DNA of 63,834 bases, counting the filler, from Octopus bimaculoides (taxonomy: Eukaryota), in the NCBI RefSeq assembly GCF_001194135.2. It is 6 parts of 6 records of this genome, joined end to end, with 100 filler letters (N's around TTAATTAATTAA, not from the genome) between each part and the next. Parts side by side here need not be neighbours in the genome. Positions count along the whole stretch, not along the records: positions 47,843 to 59,467 come from NC_068997.1; positions 59,568 to 63,834 come from NC_068993.1; 4 more parts are not named here. One strand, given 5' to 3'. Below, one piece after another: positions 51,408 through 63,834 of the stretch; position 1 is the stretch's first letter; each line of letters starts with the position of its first letter. The translations under genes were made by a program, and so were the position numbers. The notes beneath the pieces are model-generated. The model was not told where the DNA came from, made no database searches, and saw only the letters and a list, made by a program, of their open reading frames with translations.

Positions 51408-52507
51408 CCATACATGTATATATACATGTATATATATATATCCCTGTATGCATGTCTCTATGTTGCCGTTGACTTACTTTTGCATTTGCTTTACAATAAT
51501 TTGCTGACGTAAAGGAAGAGGTGGGAAAAGATATATTGGAAATGTAAGGGAGAGAGAGACANNNNNNNNNNNNNNNNNNNNNNNNNNNNNNNNNNNNNNN
51601 NNNNNNNNNNNNNNNNNNNNNNNNNNNNNNNNNNNNNNNNNNNNNNNNNNNNNNNNNNNNNNNNNNNNNNNNNNNNNNNNNNNNNNNNNNNNNNNNNNNN
51701 NNNNNNNNNNNNNNNNNNNNNNNNNNNNNNNNNNNNNNNNNNNNNNNNNNNNNNNNNNNNNNNNNNNNNNNNNNNNNNNNNNNNNNNNNNNNNNNNNNNN
51801 NNNNNNNNNNNNNNNNNNNNNNNNNNNNNNNNNNNNNNNNNNNNNNNNNNNNNNNNNNNNNNNNNNNNNNNNNNNNNNNNNNNNNNNNNNNNNNNNNNNN
51901 NNNNNNNNNNNNNNNNNNNNNNNNNNNNNNNNNNNNNNNNNNNNNNNNNNNNNNNNNNNNNNNNNNNNNNNNNNNNNNNNNNNNNNNNNNNNNNNNNNNN
52001 NNNNNNNNNNNNNNNNNNNNNNNNNNNNNNNNNNNNNNNNNNNNNNNNNNNNNNNNNNNNNNNNNNNNNNNNNNNNNNNNNNNNNNNNNNNNNNNNNNNN
52101 NNNNNNNNNNNNNNNNNNNNNNNNNNNNNNNNNNNNNNNNNNNNNNNNNNNNNNNNNNNNNNNNNNNNNNNNNNNNNNNNNNNNNNNNNNNNNNNNNNNN
52201 NNNNNNNNNNNNNNNNNNNNNNNNNNNNNNNNNNNNNNNNNNNNNNNNNNNNNNNNNNNNNNNNNNNNNNNNNNNNNNNNNNNNNNNNNNNNNNNNNNNN
52301 NNNNNNNNNNNNNNNNNNNNNNNNNNNNNNNNNNNNNNNNNNNNNNNNNNNNNNNNNNNNNNNNNNNNNNNNNNNNNNNNNNNNNNNNNNNNNNNNNNNN
52401 NNNNNNNNNNNNNNNNNNNNNNNNNNNNNNNNNNNNNNNNNNNNNNNNNNNNNNNNNNNNNNNNNNNNNNNNNNNNNNNAGACAGACAGACAGACAGACA
52501 GACAGGT

Positions 52508-52538
<31 letters not shown>

Positions 52539-52867
52539 TAGGTAGGTAGGTAGGTAGGTAGGGAGGTAGGTAGGTAGGTAGGTCGGTAGGTAGATAGATT
52601 AGTATTGCATTATGAGTTATGACTGACTATGTTTACGGCGTAATATGCATATAAAACGTGTAATAAAAGATATATTTATGTCTCTGAGGAAGTGAAACTG
52701 TTGTAGAGAAACGTAGTTCTCGTCAGCCTAGAAATAAGAATCTACGCTACTAGTTTCGTTGTATCCATGACTCATCAGGGATTGCTTGCCTTTTCCTTCT
52801 TGTATGTCCTAAGTCAGCAGGCAGAGATATCATGCTCTGAGATAATATGTTCGTACGAACAGAAACG

Positions 52868-53206
52868 TAGTGGTTCTCAACCGGGGTCCATATGCCCCCC
52901 CCTATCCCGCCATAGATTTTTGGGGGCCCACGTAATAAAATAGTAAATTTGGAATTCACATTAATACTTTGAGGACCCCTAAAAAAATTTTGATTTAGAT
53001 GTTTTATTGGTATGTATTGTGAGAAACAGATAGGTTTCGTTCTCTAGCATTTTACATAGTTCCACCTACATAGCTCAATGTGAAAACCAAAATGGAAATT
53101 TTGAAAGAAATGTCTATAATTTTAAACATCGAATGGCTATGGGGGTCCACCAGAATGAAATAGTAATGAAAGGGGTTCATAGATAAAATATGGTTGAGAA
53201 CCCCTG
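52868..53206. mobile_element. hAT (Charlie-like) MITE
   Basis: TIRs TAGTGGTTCTCAACC ... GGTTGAGAACCCCTG; no clean 8-bp TSD. Confidence 0.7.
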
Positions 53207-53501
53207 CTCTAATGCATCAATTGGGTGGGTTTTCTTCCGCTTTCATATTCAAACGTGTTGTGTGAGTATCTGTGCGTGCGTGCGTGATGTAGGACGGGCT
53301 GTATTCGTAGATATTTGTTGGTAAAGATGGAAATTTGTTGAGGACGTCAGTGAATAAATGTCTCGATTTGACGAACTAAGATATAGATTGTGAAGCTTAT
53401 CTATGACCAACTACCACACATTCACATACATACTCACACACACACATAAATGTTACAGTTTGTAAGAAATGAAGAAGAATGTACTCAATACTTGGCGTAG
53501 A

Positions 53502-53573
<72 letters not shown>

Positions 53574-54503
53574 GACGAAGACAGGTGGTGGAGAAAACAA
53601 ACAGATGTATTAGTATAACGCTTGGGAATTGAAAAGTCTTTAACGTTTCGAGCCTACGCTCTTCCACAGAAAGGAATACAGAAAGAAACGAGAGAAACAA
53701 GCAGAGAAAAAAATGTGTGTAGTGGTCAGCGATCAATCATGGCGAATGATATATATAGATATATATATCACAAAGCACACGGTATTACACATTAGGTATC
53801 AAACAACTTTCAATCCGCCATATTTTATATCAAACATTATCATACTACGCCAACTTTCATTCCACCATATTATATATCAAACAACACTAAAGGATGCATT
53901 CATCAATCCTTCAACATTAGATATCAAACATTATCATACTACATTCAGTCGCTCCACATTTGGTATCAAACAACACCATACCAGCTTCTATTCCACCATA
54001 TTATATATCAAACAATATAAGATGATTCTATCTTCATTTCTTCTATATTAAGAATCCAGCGACTATCTACCATGTTATATAGTAAACAAAACACCACCAC
54101 CACCACCACTACCATCACCACCACAATCCACACTACTACCACTACAGCTACAATCACCAACAACATCATTGTCGCCGCCAACCCCACCGTTACCATCACC
54201 ACCACCACCACCGTCATCATAAATAACATCACAACTCTCACCAAGACATTAATCACAACCCTCAACAACAGAACCACCACCACCACCACCACCACAATGA
54301 TCCTCATCATCATCATCACCACCAACATAGCTACCATCACCACTACCACAACCACCACTACCATCATCATTACCGCCGCCACGACGTTGCTACTCACCTT
54401 ATTTACAAAACAGTAAAGTCTTAACTACAACATGAGCAGGCGATAGTAAAAACAGACGGACAGCGCTGACATAAAAACATCATCTTCCATATATATTGCC
54501 TGC

Positions 54504-54547
<44 letters not shown>

Positions 54548-55121
54548 NNNNNNNNNNNNNNNNNNNNNNNNNNNNNNNNNNNNNNNNNNNNNNNNNNNNN
54601 NNNNNNNNNNNNNNNNNNNNNNNNNNNNNNNNNNNNNNNNNNNNNNNNNNNNNNNNNNNNNNNNNNNNNNNNNNNNNNNNNNNNNNNNNNNNNNNNNNNN
54701 NNNNNNNNNNNNNNNNNNNNNNNNNNNNNNNNNNNNNNNNNNNNNNNNNNNNNNNNNNNNNNNNNNNNNNNNNNNNNNNNNNNNNNNNNNNNNNNNNNNN
54801 NNNNNNNNNNNNNNNNNNNNNNNNNNNNNNNNNNNNNNNNNNNNNNNNNNNNNNNNNNNNNNNNNNNNNNNNNNNNNNNNNNNNNNNNNNNNNNNNNNNN
54901 NNNNNNNNNNNNNNNNNNNNNNNNNNNNNNNNNNNNNNNNNNNNNNNNNNNNNNNNNNNNNNNNNNNNNNNNNNNNNNNNNNNNNNNNNNNNNNNNNNNN
55001 NNNNNNNNNNNNNNNNNNNNNNNNNNNNNNNNCATACACATATATAAAAACACTCCAACGTTCATACATGCATACACATATGTATACACACAAGCATCCA
55101 CATATATCTATACAATGTGTA

Positions 55122-55158
<37 letters not shown>

Positions 55159-55256
55159 TTTGTATTTATACATATACACGTATTTTCATATTATGCATGC
55201 TTGTGTGTTCGTGTGTGTATATATATAGAGAGAGTAAGAGTGATGCATAAAAATGC

Positions 55257-55312
<56 letters not shown>

Positions 55313-55485
55313 CTGTGTGTGTGTGTGTGTATGGATGGATATATAATGCATTTAAACAATGCATGTAATACATCTCTTTGCAGACACCTTGCTGCATATA
55401 CACACACATTTATGCTTATACATATGTGTATATATTATGGTCGTGAGTATATGTATGCGTGTGTCGTATGTGTGTCTGTGTGTGT

Positions 55486-55526
<41 letters not shown>

Positions 55527-55740
55527 TGTGTGTGTGTTTATGCTACTTATTAAATATGAAGACATATTCTCTATAAAAGAATCGGATACCTGCAAGAAAC
55601 AAGAACAACAACAATAGTAATGACAACAACAATGGTAGCAATGAATATAAAAAAATAAGAAAAACTAAAAACAAAGACAAAAAAAAAACGGACGAACCAA
55701 TTGCTTCTTAAACTGTTGCAAAGATTGGTTATTTTGCCAG

Positions 55741-55879
55741 ACAAGTACGTTTTTGGAATAAGGAATTCTGCGATACAATGGCAGAGTTTATTGAATACAT
55801 GACTAGAATAAAGAACGAACGTGTTGAAGGAAGGACTATACATAATTCCATTGGAGGAAATATGTGTGGAATCTTCTAG
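55741..55879 (+). CDS. Candidate terminal exon (QVRFWNKEFCDTMAEFIEYMTRIKNERVEGRTIHNSIGGNMCGIF*)
   Basis: ttattttgccAG acceptor, protein-like composition, mirror frame also open; strand uncertain. Confidence 0.3.
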
Positions 55880-56193
55880 TCTCAGAAAAAGAAAAAGAAG
55901 GAGAAAAAGAAACAGAAACAAACGGAAAAGAATAGAAAATGGTACGCTGAAAGTCAGCAGGGTGGGGTTTTTTTTGTATTGTTATTAGATTGAGTTAGGT
56001 ATTTATGTTCAGGTCAACCTCCATGGAACATTACAGTCTAACTTCTAGCTATTGTCTTTCATTTTCATTGAGAAATACATCCAGGATATGTATATATAGA
56101 TATAGATATATATATATAACACACACACATATATATTGGATGTATTTCGCTTAGACATTTCGAGACCGTCCCTAAATAGGCACAAATGTAATT

Positions 56194-56316
56194 CTTTCCC
56201 AAATAAATTGCACTTCATATTCAAGGCTCCAATGAAGGTATAAGGTACTTTCCAGCACTCAGCTATGAGTTCACTGCATCTGATAGTTGAAACAGCTGTA
56301 AGCTGATGAAGTTCAT
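56194..56316. other. Duplicated conserved element, copy 2
   Basis: See 17497-17622. Confidence 0.8.
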
Positions 56317-56367
56317 AAGATAAGCATTAATTTCTTTGACATCTCTCTTTCTTATGTGTGTGTGTGT

Positions 56368-56403
<36 letters not shown>

Positions 56404-58513
56404 NNNNNNNNNNNNNNNNNNNNNNNNNNNNNNNNNNNNNNNNNNNNNNNNNNNNNNNNNNNNNNNNNNNNNNNNNNNNNNNNNNNNNNNNNNNNNNNNN
56501 NNNNNNNNNNNNNNNNNNNNNNNNNNNNNNNNNNNNNNNNNNNNNNNNNNNNNNNNNNNNNNNNNNNNNNNNNNNNNNNNNNNNNNNNNNNNNNNNNNNN
56601 NNNNNNNNNNNNNNNNNNNNNNNNTGCTACTGATAACATGTAAGCCAGTCCAACGTGTGGTGTTGCTTGGCAAGTAAGATGGTTTTTGAATTTCCTGGAG
56701 GATGTAAAACAAAACCCATCAAAAGATGGAGAAACTTAGGTAAGTCAACGCCCATCCAATCACAAATATATATATATATATATATATATGAGTGTATGTG
56801 TATATGTGCGCGCGCGCATTATGCTTTGGGCGGGTCATTTTGCCAATAAAGCATACACACTGACTGTGTTTAATTTCTTACTATCATTCAAGTAATTTAA
56901 TAATCAATCGCGAATTGAATGCAATTATTAATAATAACATTATAAGGCATAATTATGTGTTTTAAAAAGCCTTTGGATGGAAAAAAAAACTGGAAAGCTA
57001 CCCGTTCGACTTAACCGTGCACCTTCTCTAACCATAACCCCAAAACCAACGAGCCGTCTATTGCACCAAAGTAACCTTCCACTTCTCTATCACGAAATGA
57101 GACACTTGAATCTTACAAGGGCGGAAGTTTATATTCAGAATATGAATATAATATATAAATTGAGAATAAGAATAGAAATCTCGCTTGTTAGATTTAAGTA
57201 TTTATTTTAATGGCAGGAAGATAGAAAGTTATATTGCTTATTTAATTGTTACCACTTTTAGCACAGTTATACAAAATACGATGTTCGAATCCCGTTGGTA
57301 GCTTTTGGCTCCTTTTCTAAGGGTTTCTTTTTAACTCAATACACCATAAGATATTACACCAGGGAACTTGAACTTTGGTGCCTGAGATGTTAGATCTGTT
57401 TTTATGTGAATTTTGGTCGCTGATTCTAAATACGCCATTTGTTTTTCTCTAACAGCCCTGGTTATTCTTTCTTTTATTCCTTCTTTCTTTCTTTCTTCTC
57501 TCTGTTCATGTCTAATTGACGGCGTAGCTGTCCTGGGTCAGCAGAAAACCAAATTAGCGCACTTGATATCTTGAATTTCGTCAAGTGCTCCCAGTTATGT
57601 GTCATTCATACATTGTTATTGACCGTACGTCAACCCTTGCATTCGATAGATAATTGACAGTGAGAACGAGCAGAGGTATTCGGTGGCGGGGTATTGGGCG
57701 TCGATGAGAATTGATTTAAAACAATGTTTCTCAACATTTTATTACCTTATTGATTCCTTTGAATAACCATTCGACGTTCAAAAAAATCTATTATAATTTT
57801 ATAATCATGGGCGCAGGAGACATTCGGTTAAAATGTCTTACGTTTAAGCTGGGTCCTATGTAATTCCCTGAAGAGAAGATTACATCTTTATCAACATCAC
57901 TTATTCCTTTGGAAGGAAACCATTTGTAATCTTCGAAACATATGTCGGAAATAAAAGAATTCATTTAACATATGCGTATTACTCCATTTATTAAATATAT
58001 ATATATATATATATATATACGACGTGCTTCTTTCAGTTTCCGTCTGCCTAATCCATCCACAAGGCTTTGGTTGGCCCGAGGCTATAGCCATATTTTTATT
58101 CTTCAACTGGTTTAGGTTATGCGTTGGATTGTGGCCCTTCTGGATCTACACCTCCATCTTTTTTTTCCGTTTTCGAATCGATCGTATCAACTCCAATACA
58201 TATTCCATTCCGGATTATATTACATCGCTCTATACTTGTTCAACCTGAATTTCACGGGACACAGAAACGCATTCGCACGCTCACGTACATAAATATGTAT
58301 AAAGTATGATTGGTATACGAACAATTCCAATGAGTAATCGATAGAAGAAGAAAAAAATGAAAGATATCTATGACAATACGTGCATATACTTATATACACA
58401 GTGACGAAACCTCTGCATACATGCACACACACACATACACGCGCAGAGACACACATTATAAAGCAACTTAAATGTGTATAGCACTGCGTAAGCGTGTTAT
58501 AATGTGCTTTATA

Positions 58514-58545
<32 letters not shown>

Positions 58546-58744
58546 TGTGTGTGGACAAGCAGGCAGACGATTTTAGAATCAAATGGCGAAGAAACACATT
58601 CAGAAAGCTAGATAAATAGGTGAGTTATGTATGTATGTATGTGTGTGTGTACGAGTATGTATGCACGCATGTATGCATGTGCTACGGTTGTATGTATGTG
58701 TGTATGTATGTGTATGTACGTATATATGTAGCCATCACTGTATG

Positions 58745-58798
<54 letters not shown>

Positions 58799-58952
58799 NN
58801 NNNNNNNNNNNNNNNNNNNNNNNNNNNNNNNNNNNNNNNNNNNNNNNNNNNNNNNNNNNNNNNNNNNNNNNNNNNNNNNNNNNNNNNNNNNNNNNNNNNN
58901 NNNNNNNNNNNNNNNNNNNNNNNNNNNNNATATATATATGTGTGTGTGTATG

Positions 58953-58998
<46 letters not shown>

Positions 58999-59434
58999 TG
59001 TATGCATGCATATATGTATGTGTGGAAGTATATAAAACACACATCGTACGTACGCATAGCAATATTCGAAACTCTGAATCTAGACTTTAATATCAGTTGA
59101 GATGATGAAAAGCTGTCTGTCAAAGAATAGACGTCGTTTTTAATGCTGGCCATTTCAAGCTAAGTCGACCAGTGGAGCCATAAATTAGCACAATAACATG
59201 GAAGGTCTTTGGGCCAGGATTTCATAAGCTGATTCAAACAGCCCCGTTGTCTGCTGAAGTGTAAGTGAGACGATGGTGGCTCTTGTGGGATGAACCATCA
59301 TCGCAAGGATGTATATATGGCTGGGTGTGTGTATATATATATGCGTATGTATAAATGTATGTGCTCGCGTATATATTATATGTGTGTGTATGTATTATGT
59401 GAGTGTGTGCATGTATACATATATATATACATAC

Positions 59435-59467
<33 letters not shown>

Positions 59468-60139
59468 NNNNNNNNNNNNNNNNNNNNNNNNNNNNNNNNN
59501 NNNNNNNNNNNTTAATTAATTAANNNNNNNNNNNNNNNNNNNNNNNNNNNNNNNNNNNNNNNNNNNNATATATATATATATATATACACTTAAGACTTAG
59601 TTTTCAGGCACTCCAAGAGCCAGCAAGGTGGAACAGTGTCACAAGCCTTCTTGTAGTCTATCTATCCAGCAACCAAATCCCTTCTTAAACGTACCTCATT
59701 TAGTATCCTACACTCAATATACAGATCGGCAGATTTCCTTCACTACATTTTGCATCCCTTTTGCTCATCTGCCAAAATATTCTCTTTCTCCAGAAAGTTA
59801 TATATTTCATCTGCTATGAAGCCTATTAATAATTTCCAGAATAATGGCAAACATGTCATAGATCTATAATTACAGATTTCTCCTCTTTTTGCTTAGTCTT
59901 TCAGTGTCAAGTCTCTCTTTCCTTTTTTCATCTATGTTGGCGCTTTATTTTCTATAATGTCAATAAGAAGTCGTAACATATGACTGTGTATACGTGAGAG
60001 GTTAGTTTGTAAGTATGTATACAAATATATGGTGTGTGTATGTACATTTATAAATATAATATATTATTATTATTATTATTATTAACATCTTCTTTCAACT
60101 CTGCTTCCATTTCTTGCCGAGTGTCTTCCTGACACCTAG

Positions 60140-60520
60140 GGCAGAATCGTTAGCACACAGGATAAAATGCTTAGCGGCATTTCCCCCGTCTTTACGTTCT
60201 GATTTCAAATTCCGCCGAGGTCGACTTTGCCTTTCATTCTTTCGGGGTCGATGATATATGTACCAGATACGCACTGGGGTCTATGTAATCAACTCCCCCA
60301 AAGTTTCAGGCCTTGTGCATATATTAGAAAGGATCATTAAGGCAGTGAGCTGACAGAATCGTTAACATGCCGGACTAAAGGCTTAGCTGCGTTTCGTCCG
60401 TTTTTACGTTTTCAGTTCAAATGCCGCCGAGGTTGATACTGCCTTTCAACCTTTCGGCGTCAATAAAATAAGTACCAGCTGCGTACTGGACTCAATGAAA
60501 TCGACTTACTCCGCCCTACA
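60140..60520 (+). mobile_element. Two tandem SINE family B copies
   Basis: GCAGAATCGTTAGCAC at about 60142 and GACAGAATCGTTAAC at about 60352. Confidence 0.8.
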
Positions 60521-60532
60521 AAATGTCAGCCC

Positions 60533-60599
<67 letters not shown>

Positions 60600-61129
60600 T
60601 CATAACCTTTCAGCTTCTCTGTGTTTTAATTCTGACATCTATCTTTTCCCCTCCACCGCCTACTTCCTTCACTTCCTCCCCATCCTTATCCTCCTCCTCT
60701 TTTCTTATCCGTCTTTTGTGTGTGTGTTTTTTTTTTTCTGTTCTTCCTCAGTCTTTCTTCATCTTCTCCACAGTAATTTTGTCTTCTATCTTGCCTCCTC
60801 ATCATTCTTCTTTTTCAATCTTCATCTAACAAGTTACTGTTGCCGTGTCTCCACTTAAAACACCATTATCTTGTCTGGAATTGAATTACATTTCTCCTCC
60901 GGTTTCTATCTTATTTTCCTTCTTATTTTCTTTTTTGTATTTTTGCTGCTTCCTTTATTTTCTTCTTCTTCTTCTTCTTCTTCTTCTTCTTCTTCTTCTT
61001 CTTCTTCTTCTTCTTCTTCTTCTTCTTCTTCTTCTTCTTCTTCTTCTTCAATTCTATTGTCATCTTGCAACATAGCATACCATTTCAATTATTCAACATT
61101 ATTTTGTCATTTGCTACACATTACATTGT

Positions 61130-61240
61130 TTGTCATATATATATATGTGTGTGAGTGTATGTGTGTGTGTGTGTATGCATGTATGTAGACATAAATACAT
61201 ATCCATAGACATATAGAATATATATATTTATGAATGTATG

Positions 61241-61272
<32 letters not shown>

Positions 61273-61313
61273 ATATGTGTATATATGAATCTATATATAC
61301 AAATATATATATG

Positions 61314-61407
<94 letters not shown>

Positions 61408-61794
61408 CATATGCATATACATACATTCATATATATATATATAGTATATGTTTATGGATATGTATTTATGCTTGTATATATACATGTACATGCATACTTA
61501 CACACATACATACATATATACACATATACATATATACATATATACATATATATACATATATACATATATACATATATACATACATATATACATATATACT
61601 ATATACATACAAATATGAATATATAGATATATGTGTGTGTGTGCATGTGTGATAAATATATATATGTAGATATATAGACGTATATTATATAAATATATGT
61701 ATACGTGGGTATATACATACGTATGTATATATGTATGTGCATGTGAGCGTGCGCGTGTATATGCTAACTGTATCGCCTACTACATATTACATCA

Positions 61795-61859
<65 letters not shown>

Positions 61860-61870
61860 TATACTGCCGT
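61130..61870. repeat. Long (TA)/(TACA)-derived low-complexity tract
   Basis: Direct reading. Confidence 0.9.
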
Positions 61871-62864
61871 CTGCTGCATACTATATTGTTAACTATGTTA
61901 CTGTGTTAATAACTACTCACTGTCACACACAGTATTACACTATGCATTATACTAAGTTCGTTACACACACCATCTACTTCACACTGCTGTGTTGAGTCCA
62001 GTACACAGTATCACACACATATTACACCGTGTCAGTAAGTTTTGACATCTTCATTACAACATTGTAAATATACGACGTTAAATCACAGTGACAAGATAGC
62101 AATCTAGGAGAGTCATTAGGACGTCGATTAAATTGCTTAGCGCCATTTCGTCTTTACGTTCTAATTTCAAATTCCGCCAACGTCGCCTTTGGGGGTCGAT
62201 AAAACAAATACCAGTTGATCACTGGAGTCGATGTAATCGACTTGCACCTAGAAATTGCTGGCATTGTGCCGAAATTTGAAACAGTATTCGGCTGCGTTGA
62301 CTGGAGCTACGTGTCTTGTTCAGGGACAAAGCACGACCCGAGCAAACATAAACATGCTCTCGGTTTCCTCATCCGTGAACCAGTGGAACATTTGGATAGA
62401 AAGTGGTGCATCAGCGTTAAGTTGATATATATTTTCATGGGAGTGATACGATGGAGGAAAGTAATACGATGTGCCTTGCTCAAGGGTACAACGCGTGTCG
62501 TTCGATTCAGGAATCAAACCCACAATCTTATGAACATGAGTTTACCACGCCTAACCACTAGGCCATGTGCAAAAACATGAATTAAATCATTTTTGAAAAT
62601 CAAATTTTCAGATTTGCTCTTCAACAATCATAGCAACATGAGAGAAACTACAGTTTTAATAAGTGAATAATTGAAGTTTCGACATTGTAAGGTATCATCA
62701 GTTCCACTGTGGTTAAGATCTCGAAGTATTTTTGTTATTATTTCGTTTAACTCCTGGTTATACCTAATTGAGTAAGTCTAATTTCAAAGATTTTCTGACT
62801 CTGATCATCTCAGCATGTTTACAGGAATATTGTATCTGGACTTCATTACTGAATGCTTCCTTCG

Positions 62865-62937
<73 letters not shown>

Positions 62938-63057
62938 NNNNNNNNNNNNNNNNNNNNNNNNNNNNNNNNNNNNNNNNNNNNNNNNNNNNNNNNNNNNNNN
63001 NNNNNNNNNNNNNNNNNNNNNNNNATATATATATATATATATATATATATTTACATA

Positions 63058-63270
63058 AGGCGAGCTGGTAGAAATGTGAGCATGGCGGGTGAAATGCTTA
63101 GCGGTATATCGTCTGTCTTTACGTCCGGAGTTCAATTTCCACCGAGGTCGACCTTGCCTTTCATCCTTTCGGGGTCGAAAAATTAAGTACCAGTTACGTA
63201 CAGGGGGGAGATCTAATCGACTGCCCCCCGCCTCACTCCTCGAAAATTTCTGGCCTTGTGCCTACAGTAG
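63058..63270 (+). mobile_element. SINE family B, near full length
   Basis: GGCGAGCTGGTAGAAATGTGAGC...GAGTTCAATTTCCACCGAGGTCGAC...TCCTTTCGGGGTCGA...AAGTACCAG. Confidence 0.85.
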
Positions 63271-63784
63271 GAAAGTACATATATATGTATATATATATAT
63301 ATATATATTTCAAGACCTCTATACTGTTGTAACTACTAGAAAAGTGCGTATATGCGCAACAATAGGACTGCCTGCTACATACAACATTGCATATATGTAT
63401 ACTATATATTATATAATACCATCTGCTACTAAAAACTAAACTCACTACTACACAGCTTGACATCTAAGTATGGAATATAGTATCGTCTGCTCTCCAACAT
63501 AAACTTGACGACATTTTGTCTTTTCTATAAAGCATTGTAACGTTGTCAATAAGAAAAATAGTAGTTTGCGGAACTTTGACGATATGAAAAAATATGTCAA
63601 TAGTCTTTACTACAGTGTAATTATGGTAAGATAAAAGTATTTGTGAATATATTTATATATGTGTGGTATAAATACAAATATGTATACTTATAATGCAACA
63701 TGTGGAGAAAGATGGATAACAGAGACAAATGCATGTGTATATAGATATATACTTATGTATATATGCATGTGTATATATGTAAGC

Positions 63785-63834
<50 letters not shown>

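Noticed and set aside
61107-61652. YI/HT/CV-rich ORFs here and throughout the track
   Set aside because: Dinucleotide and tetranucleotide microsatellite translations

Overview
AT-rich, repeat-saturated animal genomic scaffold with many N-gaps. It is not prokaryotic: no operons, rRNA, true tRNA genes or CRISPR. The tRNA-derived SINE families and the extreme microsatellite density look like an octopod cephalopod draft assembly (inference from recognition, no database check). Most of the window is SINEs (about five families), decayed LINEs (CR1/L2-like, R4/Dong-like with restriction-like endonuclease, RTE-like) and DNA transposon remnants (Tc1 with DD36E spacing, mariner, maT-like, Tigger/pogo, piggyBac, hAT MITE). 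Almost all ORFs in the supplied track are microsatellite or N-gap artefacts. A CpG-rich island at about 34.9-35.5 kb carries a probable first coding exon on the minus strand (MIDLLSFTEPSIYILLSLVVLGIIY, followed by a GTAAGT donor). It borders a CpG-depleted domain of about 22 kb (12.4-34.5 kb) that looks like a methylated gene body. The downstream exons are only candidates and the gene could not be identified. The most unexplained signal is a non-TE-looking element of about 125 bp present twice, 38.7 kb apart (17497-17622 and 56194-56316), with a near-invariant 28-nt core containing a GTAAGC splice-donor motif and hairpin potential.
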